DNA of 30,000 bases, from positions 1 through 30,000 of the forward strand of contig NZ_CALJNI010000015.1 in the NCBI RefSeq assembly GCF_937982035.1, written 5' to 3'. Shown here one piece after another: positions 1 to 9,826 of the stretch (position 1 is its first letter; the number at the start of each line of letters is the position of its first letter). The notes under the pieces were generated by a model, which was given only the letters and a program-made list of their open reading frames with translations, had not been told where the DNA came from and made no database searches. Made by a program: the position numbers and the translations under genes. The DNA comes from an uncultured Azonexus sp. Its GTDB lineage: Bacteria > Pseudomonadota > Gammaproteobacteria > Burkholderiales > Rhodocyclaceae.

Positions 1-390
1 GAGCTTGATCTGGGCAGCCTTGGCGACCAGTTCGTCGAGCTTGGCCTTGCCTTCCGGACGCAGGACAGCCTTGTTGAAGTCGAACAGGGCATCAGCGGCG
101 ACGGTGATCTTCTCACCGGTCGGCTTCGGGCCGGCGACAGCCGGGGTTGCAGCAGCGCCAGCCTTGCCATCGCAGGCTTCCTTCGGCAGCAGGTCCTTGT
201 CGCATTCGCAACCGGCCTTGTCGGCAGCGGCGCCGGCCGGGGTCCAGTAGCCGGTGCGCCAGCACAGGCCAGCACCCGACTTGGCGACGACGTCGCGCTG
301 GTCGATGACATAGACGCGTTCCTGGGCAATGGCGGAGAAGCCGATGCCGGCCAGCAGGGCAACAGCGATGGATTTCTTGACGAGGTTCAT
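1..390 (-). CDS. OmpA-family outer-membrane protein (N-terminal part only; C-terminus lies beyond base 1)
   Basis: Absent from the ORF track because it runs off the window edge. My reverse-strand translation from ATG at 390 (AGGAAG RBS upstream) gives MNLVKKSIAVALLAGIGFSAIAQE, a signal peptide. It continues ...LCWRTGYWTPA... and ...ITVAADALFDFNKAVLRPEGKAKLDELV, the start of an OmpA C-terminal-like domain. The frame is open for all 130 codons to base 1. Confidence 0.8.
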   Translation of the reverse strand, partial: MNLVKKSIAVALLAGIGFSAIAQERVYVIDQRDVVAKSGAGLCWRTGYWTPAGAAADKAGCECDKDLLPKEACDGKAGAAATPAVAGPKPTGEKITVAADALFDFNKAVLRPEGKAKLDELVAKAAQIKL

Positions 391-543
391 GGTTCTTCCT
401 GTGGAAAGGGTTGTTATTGATATTGCAGCCCGCATTCTATTACGAATCGTCACCAAGACAACAGGCTGGAAAGGACGGGTTTCACGCGCCACGGGATATC
501 ATGGTACGACCTGAACCACCGGGCAAGCCCGTTTGTCCCGACA

Positions 544-2616
544 ATGCCTTTGAAAACACTGATCCACCGTCTGACCCGATACTTTGGCGATTACCGCCCG
601 ACCGGCGACCAGCGCCTGCTTGCCGCACTGGAGGACTTCCGCAATCCAGAAGCCTGCGAGCTTGAACTGCTGCGCCGGCTGATCGCCGCCCTGCGCCCGG
701 AAAACGCCGGCGACGACCAGAGTAACCGTCGCTACGCGCTGATGCTCGAACGACTGGAAGACGATGCGGCATTGCGTGCCGGCTTCCGGCATCACGTCAT
801 CCATTTCGTCGGCAGCCGTCGCCTGCTGAGTTTCTTCACCGACAGCGGCATCCTGCCCGGCACCGGTTTCTTTTCCGAATGGTGGCGCATCCTCGGCAAC
901 CGCCTGCTGCCCGAAGTGCCCGACGAAAGGCGGATGAAGGACTGCCTGCACCTGATCTTCTCCGACCGCAACGACTGGCGCTGGCTGGAAGCCGTTCCGG
1001 CCGAGCTGGCGCACCGCTTCTGGGAAATCCTGGCGCCGCCCGAAACCTTCCGCGAAATGGACCGGCGCGGCGTGCAGGAACAGATGCTCGACGCGCTGCT
1101 GCTGCTCGCCCACCGGGTCAGCGGCCTGGGCCTGGAAGGCGAGCTGATGCGTGCCTCGCCCAACCTCGAGGACGATTCGCCGCGCTTCGTCGCGCTCTCG
1201 GCCGAAGCGCTGGAATTCGTCCGCAGCTTCCGCGCCGGGCTCGACGGCGACGACAGCAGCTTCGACAACGGCGACCAGTTGCTGGTCATTGTCGACCAGT
1301 GCCAGGACACCCTCAACCGGATCCGGAAGCGGGCGCTCACCATCGGCACCAGCCTGCATCTCTCGTACATCCTGACTCGCAGCGAACAAAGCCTGCAGCG
1401 CATCACCGAACTCACCCGCATCCTCACCGCCGGCCTGCGCAATGCCCCGCACGAGGTTGCCATCCGCGACTGGACGACCTTCGCCCGCGAAGTTTTCCTG
1501 GCGGAAAACCGCCGCCACAGCCTGCGTCACTACATGCAGCAACTGTCCGGCGTGCTGGCAGTGCGCGTCACCGAAAACGCCGCCCGCTCCGGCGAACACT
1601 ACATCTGCGAAACCCGTACCGACTACCGCCGGATGTGGCGTTCGGCGGCCGGCGCCGGGGTCCTGATCGGCATCATGGCCCTGCTCAAGATCAAGGCGGC
1701 GGCACTCGGTGCGCCGCTGTTCGTCGAGGCCTTCCTGTTCAGCATGATTTACGGACTGGGCTTCGTCACCATCTTCCTGCTCGGCTTCACCGTCGCCACC
1801 AAGCAGCCGGCCATGACCGCGCAGACGCTGGCCGGGCTGCTCGACGGACTCAAGCCGAACCGCCAGGCCGATCTCGAACGCATTGCCGACGTCGCGGCAG
1901 CGGTCAGCCGCAGCCAGCTGGCGGCGATCGGCGGTAACGTCATGGTCGCCCTGCCGGTCGCCGTCCTGGTCAGCCTTGCCGCCGCTTTCCTGTTCGGCGG
2001 GCCGGCGGTCGATGCCGCCAAGGCGGCGCACCTGATGGCCGATCTCGACCCGCTGTCGTGGGCCATCCCGCACGCGGCAATCGCCGGCTTCTATCTGTTC
2101 CTGTCCGGCCTGATCAGCGGCTATTTCGACAACCGGGCCGCCTACGCCAACATCGGCCCGCGCATCGCCCGCCTCGGCTGGCTGCAGCGCCTGGCCGGCA
2201 AGGAACGGGCCGCGCGCACCGGGGACTACATCGAAAACCACCTCGGCGGCATCATGGGGAACTTCCTGTTCGGCTGCATGCTCGGCTCGACCGGCATGAT
2301 CGGCACCCTGCTCGGCCTGCCGCTGGATATCCGCCACATCGCCTTCTCCTCCGCCAACTTGGGTTACGCCTTCGGCGGTTTCGAGTTCGCCATGGCCTGG
2401 CAGGCTTTGCTCTGGGGTGCACTCGGCGTTGCCCTGATCGGGCTGACCAACCTCGGCGTCAGTTTCGCGCTGGCCTTGCGCACAGCCATGGGCGCCCGGC
2501 GCATCGCCTTCGCCCACTGGGGGACCTTGCTGGCGGCACTCGGCCGGCGCTTCCGCCAGCAGCCGCGCAGCTTCCTGCTGCCGCCCGAAGAACCACGGGA
2601 GGATGGGAGCCACTGA
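544..2616 (+). CDS. Polytopic membrane protein resembling the 'site-specific recombinase' family (Pfam PF10136/Gcr-like, recalled from memory)
   Basis: 690-aa ORF. The N-terminal half is soluble and helical (..SGILPGTGFFSEWWRILGNRLLPEVPDE..). The C-terminal half has several hydrophobic helices (GAGVLIGIMALLKIKAAALGAPLFVEAFLFSMIYGLGFVTIFLLGF.., GNVMVALPVAVLVSLAAAFLF.., ALLWGALGVALIGLTNLGVSFALAL). Its stop TGA (2614-2616) overlaps the tamA ATG (2616). The family call is from recollection and is not searched. Confidence 0.6.
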   Translation: MPLKTLIHRLTRYFGDYRPTGDQRLLAALEDFRNPEACELELLRRLIAALRPENAGDDQSNRRYALMLERLEDDAALRAGFRHHVIHFVGSRRLLSFFTDSGILPGTGFFSEWWRILGNRLLPEVPDERRMKDCLHLIFSDRNDWRWLEAVPAELAHRFWEILAPPETFREMDRRGVQEQMLDALLLLAHRVSGLGLEGELMRASPNLEDDSPRFVALSAEALEFVRSFRAGLDGDDSSFDNGDQLLVIVDQCQDTLNRIRKRALTIGTSLHLSYILTRSEQSLQRITELTRILTAGLRNAPHEVAIRDWTTFAREVFLAENRRHSLRHYMQQLSGVLAVRVTENAARSGEHYICETRTDYRRMWRSAAGAGVLIGIMALLKIKAAALGAPLFVEAFLFSMIYGLGFVTIFLLGFTVATKQPAMTAQTLAGLLDGLKPNRQADLERIADVAAAVSRSQLAAIGGNVMVALPVAVLVSLAAAFLFGGPAVDAAKAAHLMADLDPLSWAIPHAAIAGFYLFLSGLISGYFDNRAAYANIGPRIARLGWLQRLAGKERAARTGDYIENHLGGIMGNFLFGCMLGSTGMIGTLLGLPLDIRHIAFSSANLGYAFGGFEFAMAWQALLWGALGVALIGLTNLGVSFALALRTAMGARRIAFAHWGTLLAALGRRFRQQPRSFLLPPEEPREDGSH

Positions 2617-4289
2617 TGCACCGCGCTCGCCCCGCCCTGCCCCTGCTGCTTGCCTGCCTGGCGCTGCCGGCGGCGGCGCAGTTGCGGACCGAGGCACCGG
2701 CAGCGCTGGCCAGCCGCCTGTCGGCTTTCCTGCAGGCGGAAGCCGGCCCCCAGCGGCTGCAAGCCCAGGCCCGCGACATTCTCGCCACCGAGGGCTACTT
2801 CTCGCCGGACATCAACATCGTCGACCACGACGGACTGCAACTGCGTGTCGATCCGGGGCCGCGGACACTGATCGAGCGTGTCGACCTGAATGTCGATGGT
2901 CCCATCGACCACGAACGTCGCCAGGCACTGATAACCGGCTGGCGACTGCCGGCCGGCCAGCCCTTCCGCCAGGAAGACTGGAATGCCGCCAAGCAGCAAG
3001 TGCTGGCCGAACTGCTGGCCAACGAACATGCCGACGCCCGGCTGGTCGACAGCCGCGCCGACATCGATGCCGAATCGGCGCGCGCCGTGCTTAGCGCCCG
3101 CTACGATGCCGGCCCGCGCTACCGCTACGGCGAACTGGAATTCAGCGGCCTGCACCGCTACACGCCGGAACTGGTCGCCCGTTACAACCGCCAGGTCAGG
3201 CCGGGCGAGCCCTACCGGGCGGCCGACCTGCAGACCCTGACCGGCATCCTGCAATCGACGCCGTACTTTGCCAGCGTCCGTGCCGAACTCGATACCGCTG
3301 CCGCAGAAATCGACGCCGACGGCAACGCCGTCGCCCCGGTCCGCCTGCGGGTCCGCGAGCGCCCCGGCCATCGCGCCGGCTTCGGTATCGGTGCCAGTTC
3401 CAATACCGGCGCCCGGGTCGAGGCCAATTACAACACGCCCGACCTCTTCGGCCAGGCCTGGGAATTCGATACCGGCTTGCGTCTCGAACAGAAACGGCAG
3501 ACCTTCTACAGCGACGTGATCCTGCCGCCCGACGACAAACAGCGCCGGCACAGCATCGGCTTTGTCCGCGAAACCAGCGACATCGAGAAGCTGCGCACCG
3601 AACGCCACGCATTGGGCATTCAAAGCGTGCAGCAGCGCGGCAGCGTCGAGCAGCGCCTGTCGCTGAACTGGCAGCGCGAAACCCGCTGGCCCGACGGCAG
3701 TGCCGACATCACCAGCCGGGCGCTGGTGCCCAATGCCATGTGGACCTGGCGCCGGATCGACAACCTGCTCGACCCGCGCGCCGGCACGGTACTCCAGTTG
3801 AGCGTCGGCGGCGGCGCCAGGGCGGCGTTGTCGGACCAGAATTTCGTCCGCCTGCACGGGCGCATCCAGCACTACCTGCCGGTTGGCCCCCGCGACACCC
3901 TGGCCCTGCGCGGCGAACTGGGGCGGACCTTCGCCGACTCGCGCCTGCGCATTCCGCAGGACTACCTGTTTCGCGCCGGCGGCACCGGTTCGGTCCGCGG
4001 TTACGCCTATCAGAGCCTGGGCATCAAGGAAGGCGAAGCCACCGTGGGCGGCCGTTACCTGGCGGTGGCCAGCGCCGAGTACACGCACTGGCTGAACGAC
4101 CACTGGGGCCTGGCGCTGTTTGTCGATGCCGGCGACGCCGTCGATGGACTCAAGGACATCCGCCTTGCCGCCGGTTACGGCCTCGGCGTGCGCTGGCGCA
4201 GCCCGGCCGGCCCGATCGGCGCCGACCTCGCTTACGGCGAACGCGAAGGTCGCCTGCAACTGCACTTCTCGCTGGCCATCCCGTTCTGA
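2616..4289 (+). CDS. tamA: Translocation and assembly module outer-membrane subunit TamA (Omp85/BamA family)
   Basis: I trimmed the 2058..4289 ORF to the in-frame ATG at 2616, which yields the signal peptide MHRARPALPLLLACLALPAAAQ. POTRA-like N-terminal region. The Omp85-type barrel ends ...GRLQLHFSLAIPF with a terminal aromatic residue. tamB follows directly. Confidence 0.88.
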   Translation: MHRARPALPLLLACLALPAAAQLRTEAPAALASRLSAFLQAEAGPQRLQAQARDILATEGYFSPDINIVDHDGLQLRVDPGPRTLIERVDLNVDGPIDHERRQALITGWRLPAGQPFRQEDWNAAKQQVLAELLANEHADARLVDSRADIDAESARAVLSARYDAGPRYRYGELEFSGLHRYTPELVARYNRQVRPGEPYRAADLQTLTGILQSTPYFASVRAELDTAAAEIDADGNAVAPVRLRVRERPGHRAGFGIGASSNTGARVEANYNTPDLFGQAWEFDTGLRLEQKRQTFYSDVILPPDDKQRRHSIGFVRETSDIEKLRTERHALGIQSVQQRGSVEQRLSLNWQRETRWPDGSADITSRALVPNAMWTWRRIDNLLDPRAGTVLQLSVGGGARAALSDQNFVRLHGRIQHYLPVGPRDTLALRGELGRTFADSRLRIPQDYLFRAGGTGSVRGYAYQSLGIKEGEATVGGRYLAVASAEYTHWLNDHWGLALFVDAGDAVDGLKDIRLAAGYGLGVRWRSPAGPIGADLAYGEREGRLQLHFSLAIPF

Positions 4290-4290
4290 C

Positions 4291-7200
4291 ATGCGCCGCC
4301 TGCTACCACTCCTGCTGACCCTGGTCGTCGTCACCGGCGCCGCCGGCTACTGGCTGTTAAATACCGGCGGCGGACTGCAATTCGCCCTGAATCTGGCCGG
4401 CATGCTGAGCAGCAATCGCCTGCAGGTCGAGCAGGCTGACGGCCGCCTCGGCGGCCCGCTCACGATCGGCGAACTGCGCTGGCAGGATGGCGACACCACC
4501 ATCGTCGCCACCGACCTCGCGCTGGCCTGGACACCCGGTGCCCTGCTGCAGCAGCGCCTGCAGATCGAGTCCCTGAGCACGAGCAACCTGAGCATCACGA
4601 CCCCGGCCAGCGACACCCCGACCGTCGAGCCGGCCGACCTGCAGCTGCCCCTGGCCGTCCATGTCGGGGAATTGCGCATCGCCCACCTGCACCACGGCGG
4701 ACAGGAAATCGCCCGCGAACTGGTGGCGCGGATCGACAGCGACGGCCGCCACCATCGCATCGACGACCTGCGCCTGCACAGCGGCGATGTCGCCGTACGC
4801 GGCCAGGTGCAGCTCGACGGCCAGGCCCCCTTCCCGCTCGAGGGCAGCGGCGAGATCCAGGGGCAACTGGAAGACAAACCGCTGGCGCTGGCGTTTCAAG
4901 CGGCGGGGCCGCTGGCCGGCTTCACCGTCAAGCTCGATGCCCGCGCCGGCATCGAAGGCCATGCCCGGGTCAGCCTGAACCCGTTCGCGGCGATGCCGCT
5001 GATCGAGGCCGACATCAAGCTCGCCAACATCGACCCGGCGGCCTGGCGCGACGGACTGCCCGACGCCCGCCTCGACCTCGATCTCAAGGTGACACCGGCG
5101 GCCGGCGGGGTAAGCGCCCGCTTCGACCTGAACAACCGCCAAGCCGCGCCGCTCGACCGACCGGGATTGCCGATCGAGCGCCTGCAGGGGCAAGCCACCT
5201 GGCTGGACGGACAACTGGCGTTTCCCGAACTGCAGGCCCGCCTGGGCGGCGGCGAACTTTCCGGACGCGGCGTCTGGCAGGGCGAACTTGACGACGGCGC
5301 GCTGCAACTGGAACTCGCCGTCCGCCAGCTCGACGCCATCCGCCTGCACAGCAGCCTGCGGCCGACCCGGCTGGACGGCCGGCTGAGCGCGACCCTCGGT
5401 CAGCAGCGCCAGGACATCCGCGTCGACCTGCGCGACCGCCGTTTCACCTTGCGCGGCACCGCACAACACGCCGCCGACACCCTGACCCTGACGGACGTCG
5501 AAATCGCCGCCGGCCAGGCCCGCCTGCTTGCCGCCGGCAGCCTGCAGCTGGCCGAGCAGGCATTCACGGTCGACGCCCGCTTGCAGGAATTCGATCCCGC
5601 CCGCTTTGCCGAACTGCCGGGCGCCCGCATCAACGCCAGGCTGCAGGCCAAGGGACGACTGCAGCCGAAACCCGTCATCGACGCCAGCTTTGCCCTCGGC
5701 GACAGCCAGTTTCGCGGCCAGCCGCTGGCCGGCCAGGGCGAATTGCGGGTGGACTGGCCGACGCTCAGCGGCATCGACCTGAACCTGGCGCTGGCCGGCA
5801 ACCGCCTGACCGCCAAGGGCGGTTTCGGCGCCCCCGGCCAGCGGCTGCAGCTCGCCATCGACGCACCCCGGCTGGCCGCCCTCGGCGCCGAAGGCGACCT
5901 GAAGGCCGACCTGAATGTGAGCGGCAGCGTCGCCCGACCGCTGGTCGACGGCGAATTGCGCGCCGGCCGCATCGGCCTGCCCGGCGTTTTCCGCGCCGAC
6001 GGCGTGCATCTATCGGCCAGCCTCGCGGAAGCGGCCGATGCGCCGCTGCAACTCGGGCTGACGCTGCAGCGCCTCGAATCCGGCGCCGGCCAGCGCCTGT
6101 TCGCGCCGCTGACCATCCGTGGCGACGGCAGCCGGCGCCAGCACCAAATGACCATCGACGGTCGCCTGGCCGCCGGCGAACGCCTGCAACTGCAGGTCGA
6201 CGGCAGCGAGCAGGATGGGCGCTGGCAAGGCATGCTGACGCAACTCTCGTTGCTCGCCGACAGCGCCGCCCGCAACCTGCGCCTGCGCAGCCCGGCCGCG
6301 CTGCGGGCGAGCGCCGACGGCTGGTCGGTCGGCCCTCTGCAACTGGCCGGCGAGCCCCTCGACTGGCAGGCCACGATCCAGGCCAACGCCGACCGTAAAG
6401 CGCTCAAACTCGACCTGCAGGCCAGCGGCTCGCGGATCGGCCGGGTCCAGGCCGGCCTGACCGCCGGCGTGGACGGCCCCTGGCAACTGGCCGCCAGCGC
6501 GCCCTGGCAAGGCCAGGCCACGGCCGAAATCGCCGACCTCGGCTGGCTCGGCGAACTGCTCGGCGAGGACTGGCAAACCGGTGGCCGCATCGACGCTCGC
6601 CTGCAGCTTGCCGGCAGCCCGGCCCGACCGGCGCTGGCCGGCACCCTGAACGGCCAGGCCCTCAGCCTGCGCCTGCCGGCCCAGGGGCTGGCGCTGGTCG
6701 ACGGCGAGCTGGCCGCCGACATCGCCGACAATCTGCTGAGCATCCGCCGGCTCAGTTTCAGCAGCGCCCGCCAGCGCGCCCCCCGGCCGTTGCGCATGGC
6801 GCTCGGCGAACAGGCCGGCAGCCTGGAAGGACCGGGACGACTCGATGTTTCCGGCGAACTGCGCGTCGCCCCCGGACAGGCCGACGGCCAGGCGGCGCTG
6901 ACCGTCCGCCTCGACCGCGTCGGCGTCTGGCAACGCCAGGACCAGTGGGTCAGCCTGTCCGGCGAAGGAAAATTGCGCTGGCAGGAAGCCGCGCTCGGCA
7001 TCGACGGTCGCCTCGCCATCGACGCCGCCTACTGGCAACTGGCGCCGGCCGGCGCCCCGCGACTGTCCGACGACGTCGTCATCCATCGCCCGGGCGACCA
7101 GCGATCGCCGGGCCTGCGCCCGAACCTGGCACTCGATGTGCAGACCGATCTCGGCCGCCATTTCCTGTTCGAAGGCGCCGGCCTGAGTACCCGGCTGGCC

Positions 7201-7959
7201 GGTCAGGTCCGGCTGAGCGCCAGTGGTCGGGACCTGCCCCGGGCCACCGGCACGATCCGCACCCGCGACGGTCGTTTCGAGGCCTACGGCCAACGGCTGG
7301 AAATCACCCGCGGCATCCTGACTTTCCAGGGACTGCCCGACAACCCGGCGCTCGACGTGCGCGCCGTGCGTAAAGGCCTGGCAGTCGAACCCGGCGTCCA
7401 GTTGTCCGGCACCGCGCAGCGACCGGTGGTGCGCCTGATCTCGGACCCGGACCTGCCGGACCCGGAAAAACTGTCCTGGCTGATCCTTGGTCACGGCCAG
7501 GACAGCATGAGTGCCGGCGACGCCAGCCTGCTGCTGTCGGCGGCCGGCGGCTTGCTCGGCAACGACTCGGGCAATCTCGTCCAGCAACTGAAACGCACTT
7601 TCGGCATCGACGAATTCGGCGTCCGCCAGGGCAATCTCGACGGCAGCGGCGGCCGTCAGCCGGGCAGCCGCGTCGTTGCCGCCGGCGTCGACACCGGCGC
7701 AACGACGGGCAACCAGATCCTCAGCATCGGCAAGCGCCTGTCGTCGTCGGCCACCCTGAGTTATGAGCAGTCGCTGGGCACGGCCGAAAGCATCGTCAAG
7801 CTGTCGATCGAACTGACCCGCCAGATCACGCTGATCGGGCGGGCCGGCAGCGACAATGCGCTGGACGTGTTCTACACGCTTACCTGGGGTCTTCCGCCGA
7901 CATCACGACGTCAGAGTTCTCGGCGTCAGCCGTCGGCAGATACAGAACCAGAAGATTGA
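4291..7959 (+). CDS. tamB: Translocation and assembly module inner-membrane subunit TamB (DUF490/AsmA-like)
   Basis: I trimmed the 4120..7959 ORF to the ATG at 4291, 2 nt after the tamA stop. This gives the signal anchor MRRLLPLLLTLVVVTGAAGYWLL. The roughly 1200-aa body is repetitive and beta-rich. The DUF490-like C-terminus is ..GKRLSSSATLSYEQSLGTAESIVKLSIELTRQITLIGRAGSDNALDVFYTLTW. Confidence 0.88.
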   Translation: MRRLLPLLLTLVVVTGAAGYWLLNTGGGLQFALNLAGMLSSNRLQVEQADGRLGGPLTIGELRWQDGDTTIVATDLALAWTPGALLQQRLQIESLSTSNLSITTPASDTPTVEPADLQLPLAVHVGELRIAHLHHGGQEIARELVARIDSDGRHHRIDDLRLHSGDVAVRGQVQLDGQAPFPLEGSGEIQGQLEDKPLALAFQAAGPLAGFTVKLDARAGIEGHARVSLNPFAAMPLIEADIKLANIDPAAWRDGLPDARLDLDLKVTPAAGGVSARFDLNNRQAAPLDRPGLPIERLQGQATWLDGQLAFPELQARLGGGELSGRGVWQGELDDGALQLELAVRQLDAIRLHSSLRPTRLDGRLSATLGQQRQDIRVDLRDRRFTLRGTAQHAADTLTLTDVEIAAGQARLLAAGSLQLAEQAFTVDARLQEFDPARFAELPGARINARLQAKGRLQPKPVIDASFALGDSQFRGQPLAGQGELRVDWPTLSGIDLNLALAGNRLTAKGGFGAPGQRLQLAIDAPRLAALGAEGDLKADLNVSGSVARPLVDGELRAGRIGLPGVFRADGVHLSASLAEAADAPLQLGLTLQRLESGAGQRLFAPLTIRGDGSRRQHQMTIDGRLAAGERLQLQVDGSEQDGRWQGMLTQLSLLADSAARNLRLRSPAALRASADGWSVGPLQLAGEPLDWQATIQANADRKALKLDLQASGSRIGRVQAGLTAGVDGPWQLAASAPWQGQATAEIADLGWLGELLGEDWQTGGRIDARLQLAGSPARPALAGTLNGQALSLRLPAQGLALVDGELAADIADNLLSIRRLSFSSARQRAPRPLRMALGEQAGSLEGPGRLDVSGELRVAPGQADGQAALTVRLDRVGVWQRQDQWVSLSGEGKLRWQEAALGIDGRLAIDAAYWQLAPAGAPRLSDDVVIHRPGDQRSPGLRPNLALDVQTDLGRHFLFEGAGLSTRLAGQVRLSASGRDLPRATGTIRTRDGRFEAYGQRLEITRGILTFQGLPDNPALDVRAVRKGLAVEPGVQLSGTAQRPVVRLISDPDLPDPEKLSWLILGHGQDSMSAGDASLLLSAAGGLLGNDSGNLVQQLKRTFGIDEFGVRQGNLDGSGGRQPGSRVVAAGVDTGATTGNQILSIGKRLSSSATLSYEQSLGTAESIVKLSIELTRQITLIGRAGSDNALDVFYTLTWGLPPTSRRQSSRRQPSADTEPED

Positions 7960-9826
7960 GCGCCGGAAAGCGACGGGCAACGCGCTCCGGCAAGGTGCCC
8001 AGCGAAGTGCGCCAGGCATAACCGCCGGGACGCACACCGACGAAAAGCAGCAACTGATCCGGCGTCGCCAGTTCGTTCAGGGCGCGCAGCACGCCGCTCC
8101 AGGCATCAACCGTCTGCACACGGAATTCGCACTGCGGCCGCAGCGCCAGCAGGCGGGCACGCAACGCCGCCTCGTGCCCGCGCTCGCACAACACCAGCAG
8201 CCCGACGCCCAGTTGCCGCGCCAGCCGCGTCACGTTAGCCATGCCGGCAAAGAACCCCTCTTCCAGCTCCGCATGCGGCGGCATGGCGACGATGATCCGG
8301 CGGCAGGTATTCAGCGGTGTCGCCAGGCGGGCAGCGAGCAGGCTGTATTGACGATCCTGCAGCAACTGTTCAACCAGCGAGCCGAAGAAGAACTCGGTCC
8401 CGGCACTGCGTTGTCGCCAGCCGACGATGGTCAGCGTCGCCCGCAACTCGCGCCGCGCCCGCAGGATGCCGGAGGCCGCGTTGAGGTCGATCCGGGTCAG
8501 CGGATGCGCCGGTACATTGGCCGACGACAACTGGCCGACGACACCGGCCAGCAATTTCTCGGAGGCGGCCACGGCTTCGCTCGCCCCTTCACCGTCATCG
8601 ACCACCGCGACCGGGTAGATCGGCTGCCCGGGCACCGGGTCGCGGATCAGCATGGCCAGATCGAGCAGCGGCCGGGCCGAGCTTGCCGACGAACAGCCAA
8701 CCAGAATGCGCTGCATGGACTCGGCCATTTCGGGCGGCTGCAGCGCTTCGAGCTGGGCCATGTTGCGGCCGTGCCGGTCGACCAGGATGGGCGCCACGAA
8801 ACAACTGACCAGAATCATCACGATGGCGCCGTTGACCACCGCATCGTCGAACAGGCCGATCTCGAAACCGACCATGGTCGCCGCCAGCGTGGCCGCCGCC
8901 TGCGGGACGCTCAGACCGAACACCACGCGCGCCTGATCGCGGCTGTAACGTAGCAGCGGCCGGGTCGATTCGGCAGCCAGCCACTTGCCGACGAAAACGG
9001 TGGCAACCATGCTGATGGCCACGGCCCAGGCCTTGAAGCCGGCCAGAAAGACTCCGAAATCGAGCAGCATGCCGACCGACAGCAGGAAGAAGGGAATGAA
9101 CAAGGCATCGCCGGTGAACTGGATACGGTTCATCAGCGTACTGTTATGGGGGATCAAGCGGTTGAGGGCCAGGCCGGCGAGGAAGGCGCCAACGATGGGT
9201 TCCGAACCGGCCAGATGCGAGACGGCGGCGCAGGTGAACACGGTGGCCAGCACGAACACGAATTCCGCCACGCCGTCGCGGGCGACATGGCGGAAGAACC
9301 AGCGGGCCAGCGCCGGTACGCCGAACAGGATCAGGGCGACGTACAGCGACAGCCCCAGCGCCAGGCGCTGACCGAACTGTTCATCGACCTCGCCGCGCGT
9401 CATCCCGGCGATCACTGCCAGCACCAGCAGCGCCAGGCTGTCGGTGATGATGGTTCCGCCGACCGCCGTGGTCACTGCCTGGTTGCGGGCGATGCCGAGG
9501 CGCGAGGCAATTGGGTACGTCAGCAGCGTATGCGAGGCGAACATGCTGGCCAGCAGGATCGCCGCCGGCCATTCGAAACCGAGCAGATAACGGGCGACCG
9601 GCACCCCCAGCCCCATCGGAATGGCAAAAGTCAGCAGGCCGAAGACCAGACTGTGCAGACGATAGCGCTTGAGCACCGCCATGTCGATTTCGAGGGCGGC
9701 GGTGAACATGATGTAAAGCAGGCCGACTGTGCCGAACAGCACGAAGGATTGATCCCGGGCCAGCACCCCCAGTGCATTCGGCCCAAGCAAGGCGCCCGCC
9801 GCCAGCAAACCGACCATGCCGGGCAT
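7880..9826 (-). CDS. Cation:proton antiporter (CPA2/Kef-type Na+/H+ exchanger fold) with a cytoplasmic USP-like C-terminal region; the 5' end appears frameshifted
   Basis: 648-aa ORF starting MPGMVGLLAAGALLGPNALGVL, the conserved motif that normally follows TM1 in CPA2 transporters. About 12 hydrophobic helices are followed by a roughly 250-aa soluble tail. The expected TM1 is encoded just upstream in another frame (see next feature). Confidence 0.8.
   Translation of the reverse strand: MPGMVGLLAAGALLGPNALGVLARDQSFVLFGTVGLLYIMFTAALEIDMAVLKRYRLHSLVFGLLTFAIPMGLGVPVARYLLGFEWPAAILLASMFASHTLLTYPIASRLGIARNQAVTTAVGGTIITDSLALLVLAVIAGMTRGEVDEQFGQRLALGLSLYVALILFGVPALARWFFRHVARDGVAEFVFVLATVFTCAAVSHLAGSEPIVGAFLAGLALNRLIPHNSTLMNRIQFTGDALFIPFFLLSVGMLLDFGVFLAGFKAWAVAISMVATVFVGKWLAAESTRPLLRYSRDQARVVFGLSVPQAAATLAATMVGFEIGLFDDAVVNGAIVMILVSCFVAPILVDRHGRNMAQLEALQPPEMAESMQRILVGCSSASSARPLLDLAMLIRDPVPGQPIYPVAVVDDGEGASEAVAASEKLLAGVVGQLSSANVPAHPLTRIDLNAASGILRARRELRATLTIVGWRQRSAGTEFFFGSLVEQLLQDRQYSLLAARLATPLNTCRRIIVAMPPHAELEEGFFAGMANVTRLARQLGVGLLVLCERGHEAALRARLLALRPQCEFRVQTVDAWSGVLRALNELATPDQLLLFVGVRPGGYAWRTSLGTLPERVARRFPALNLLVLYLPTADAENSDVVMSAEDPR

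Noticed and set aside
499-7587. Long minus-strand ORFs (499..2697, 2364..4334, 4357..6009, 5400..7019, 6010..7587) and many Arg/Pro/Ala-rich plus-strand ORFs
   Set aside because: All overlap the recombinase-like gene, tamA or tamB. Their products are compositionally biased and lack signal peptides or motifs. They are GC-driven shadow frames.
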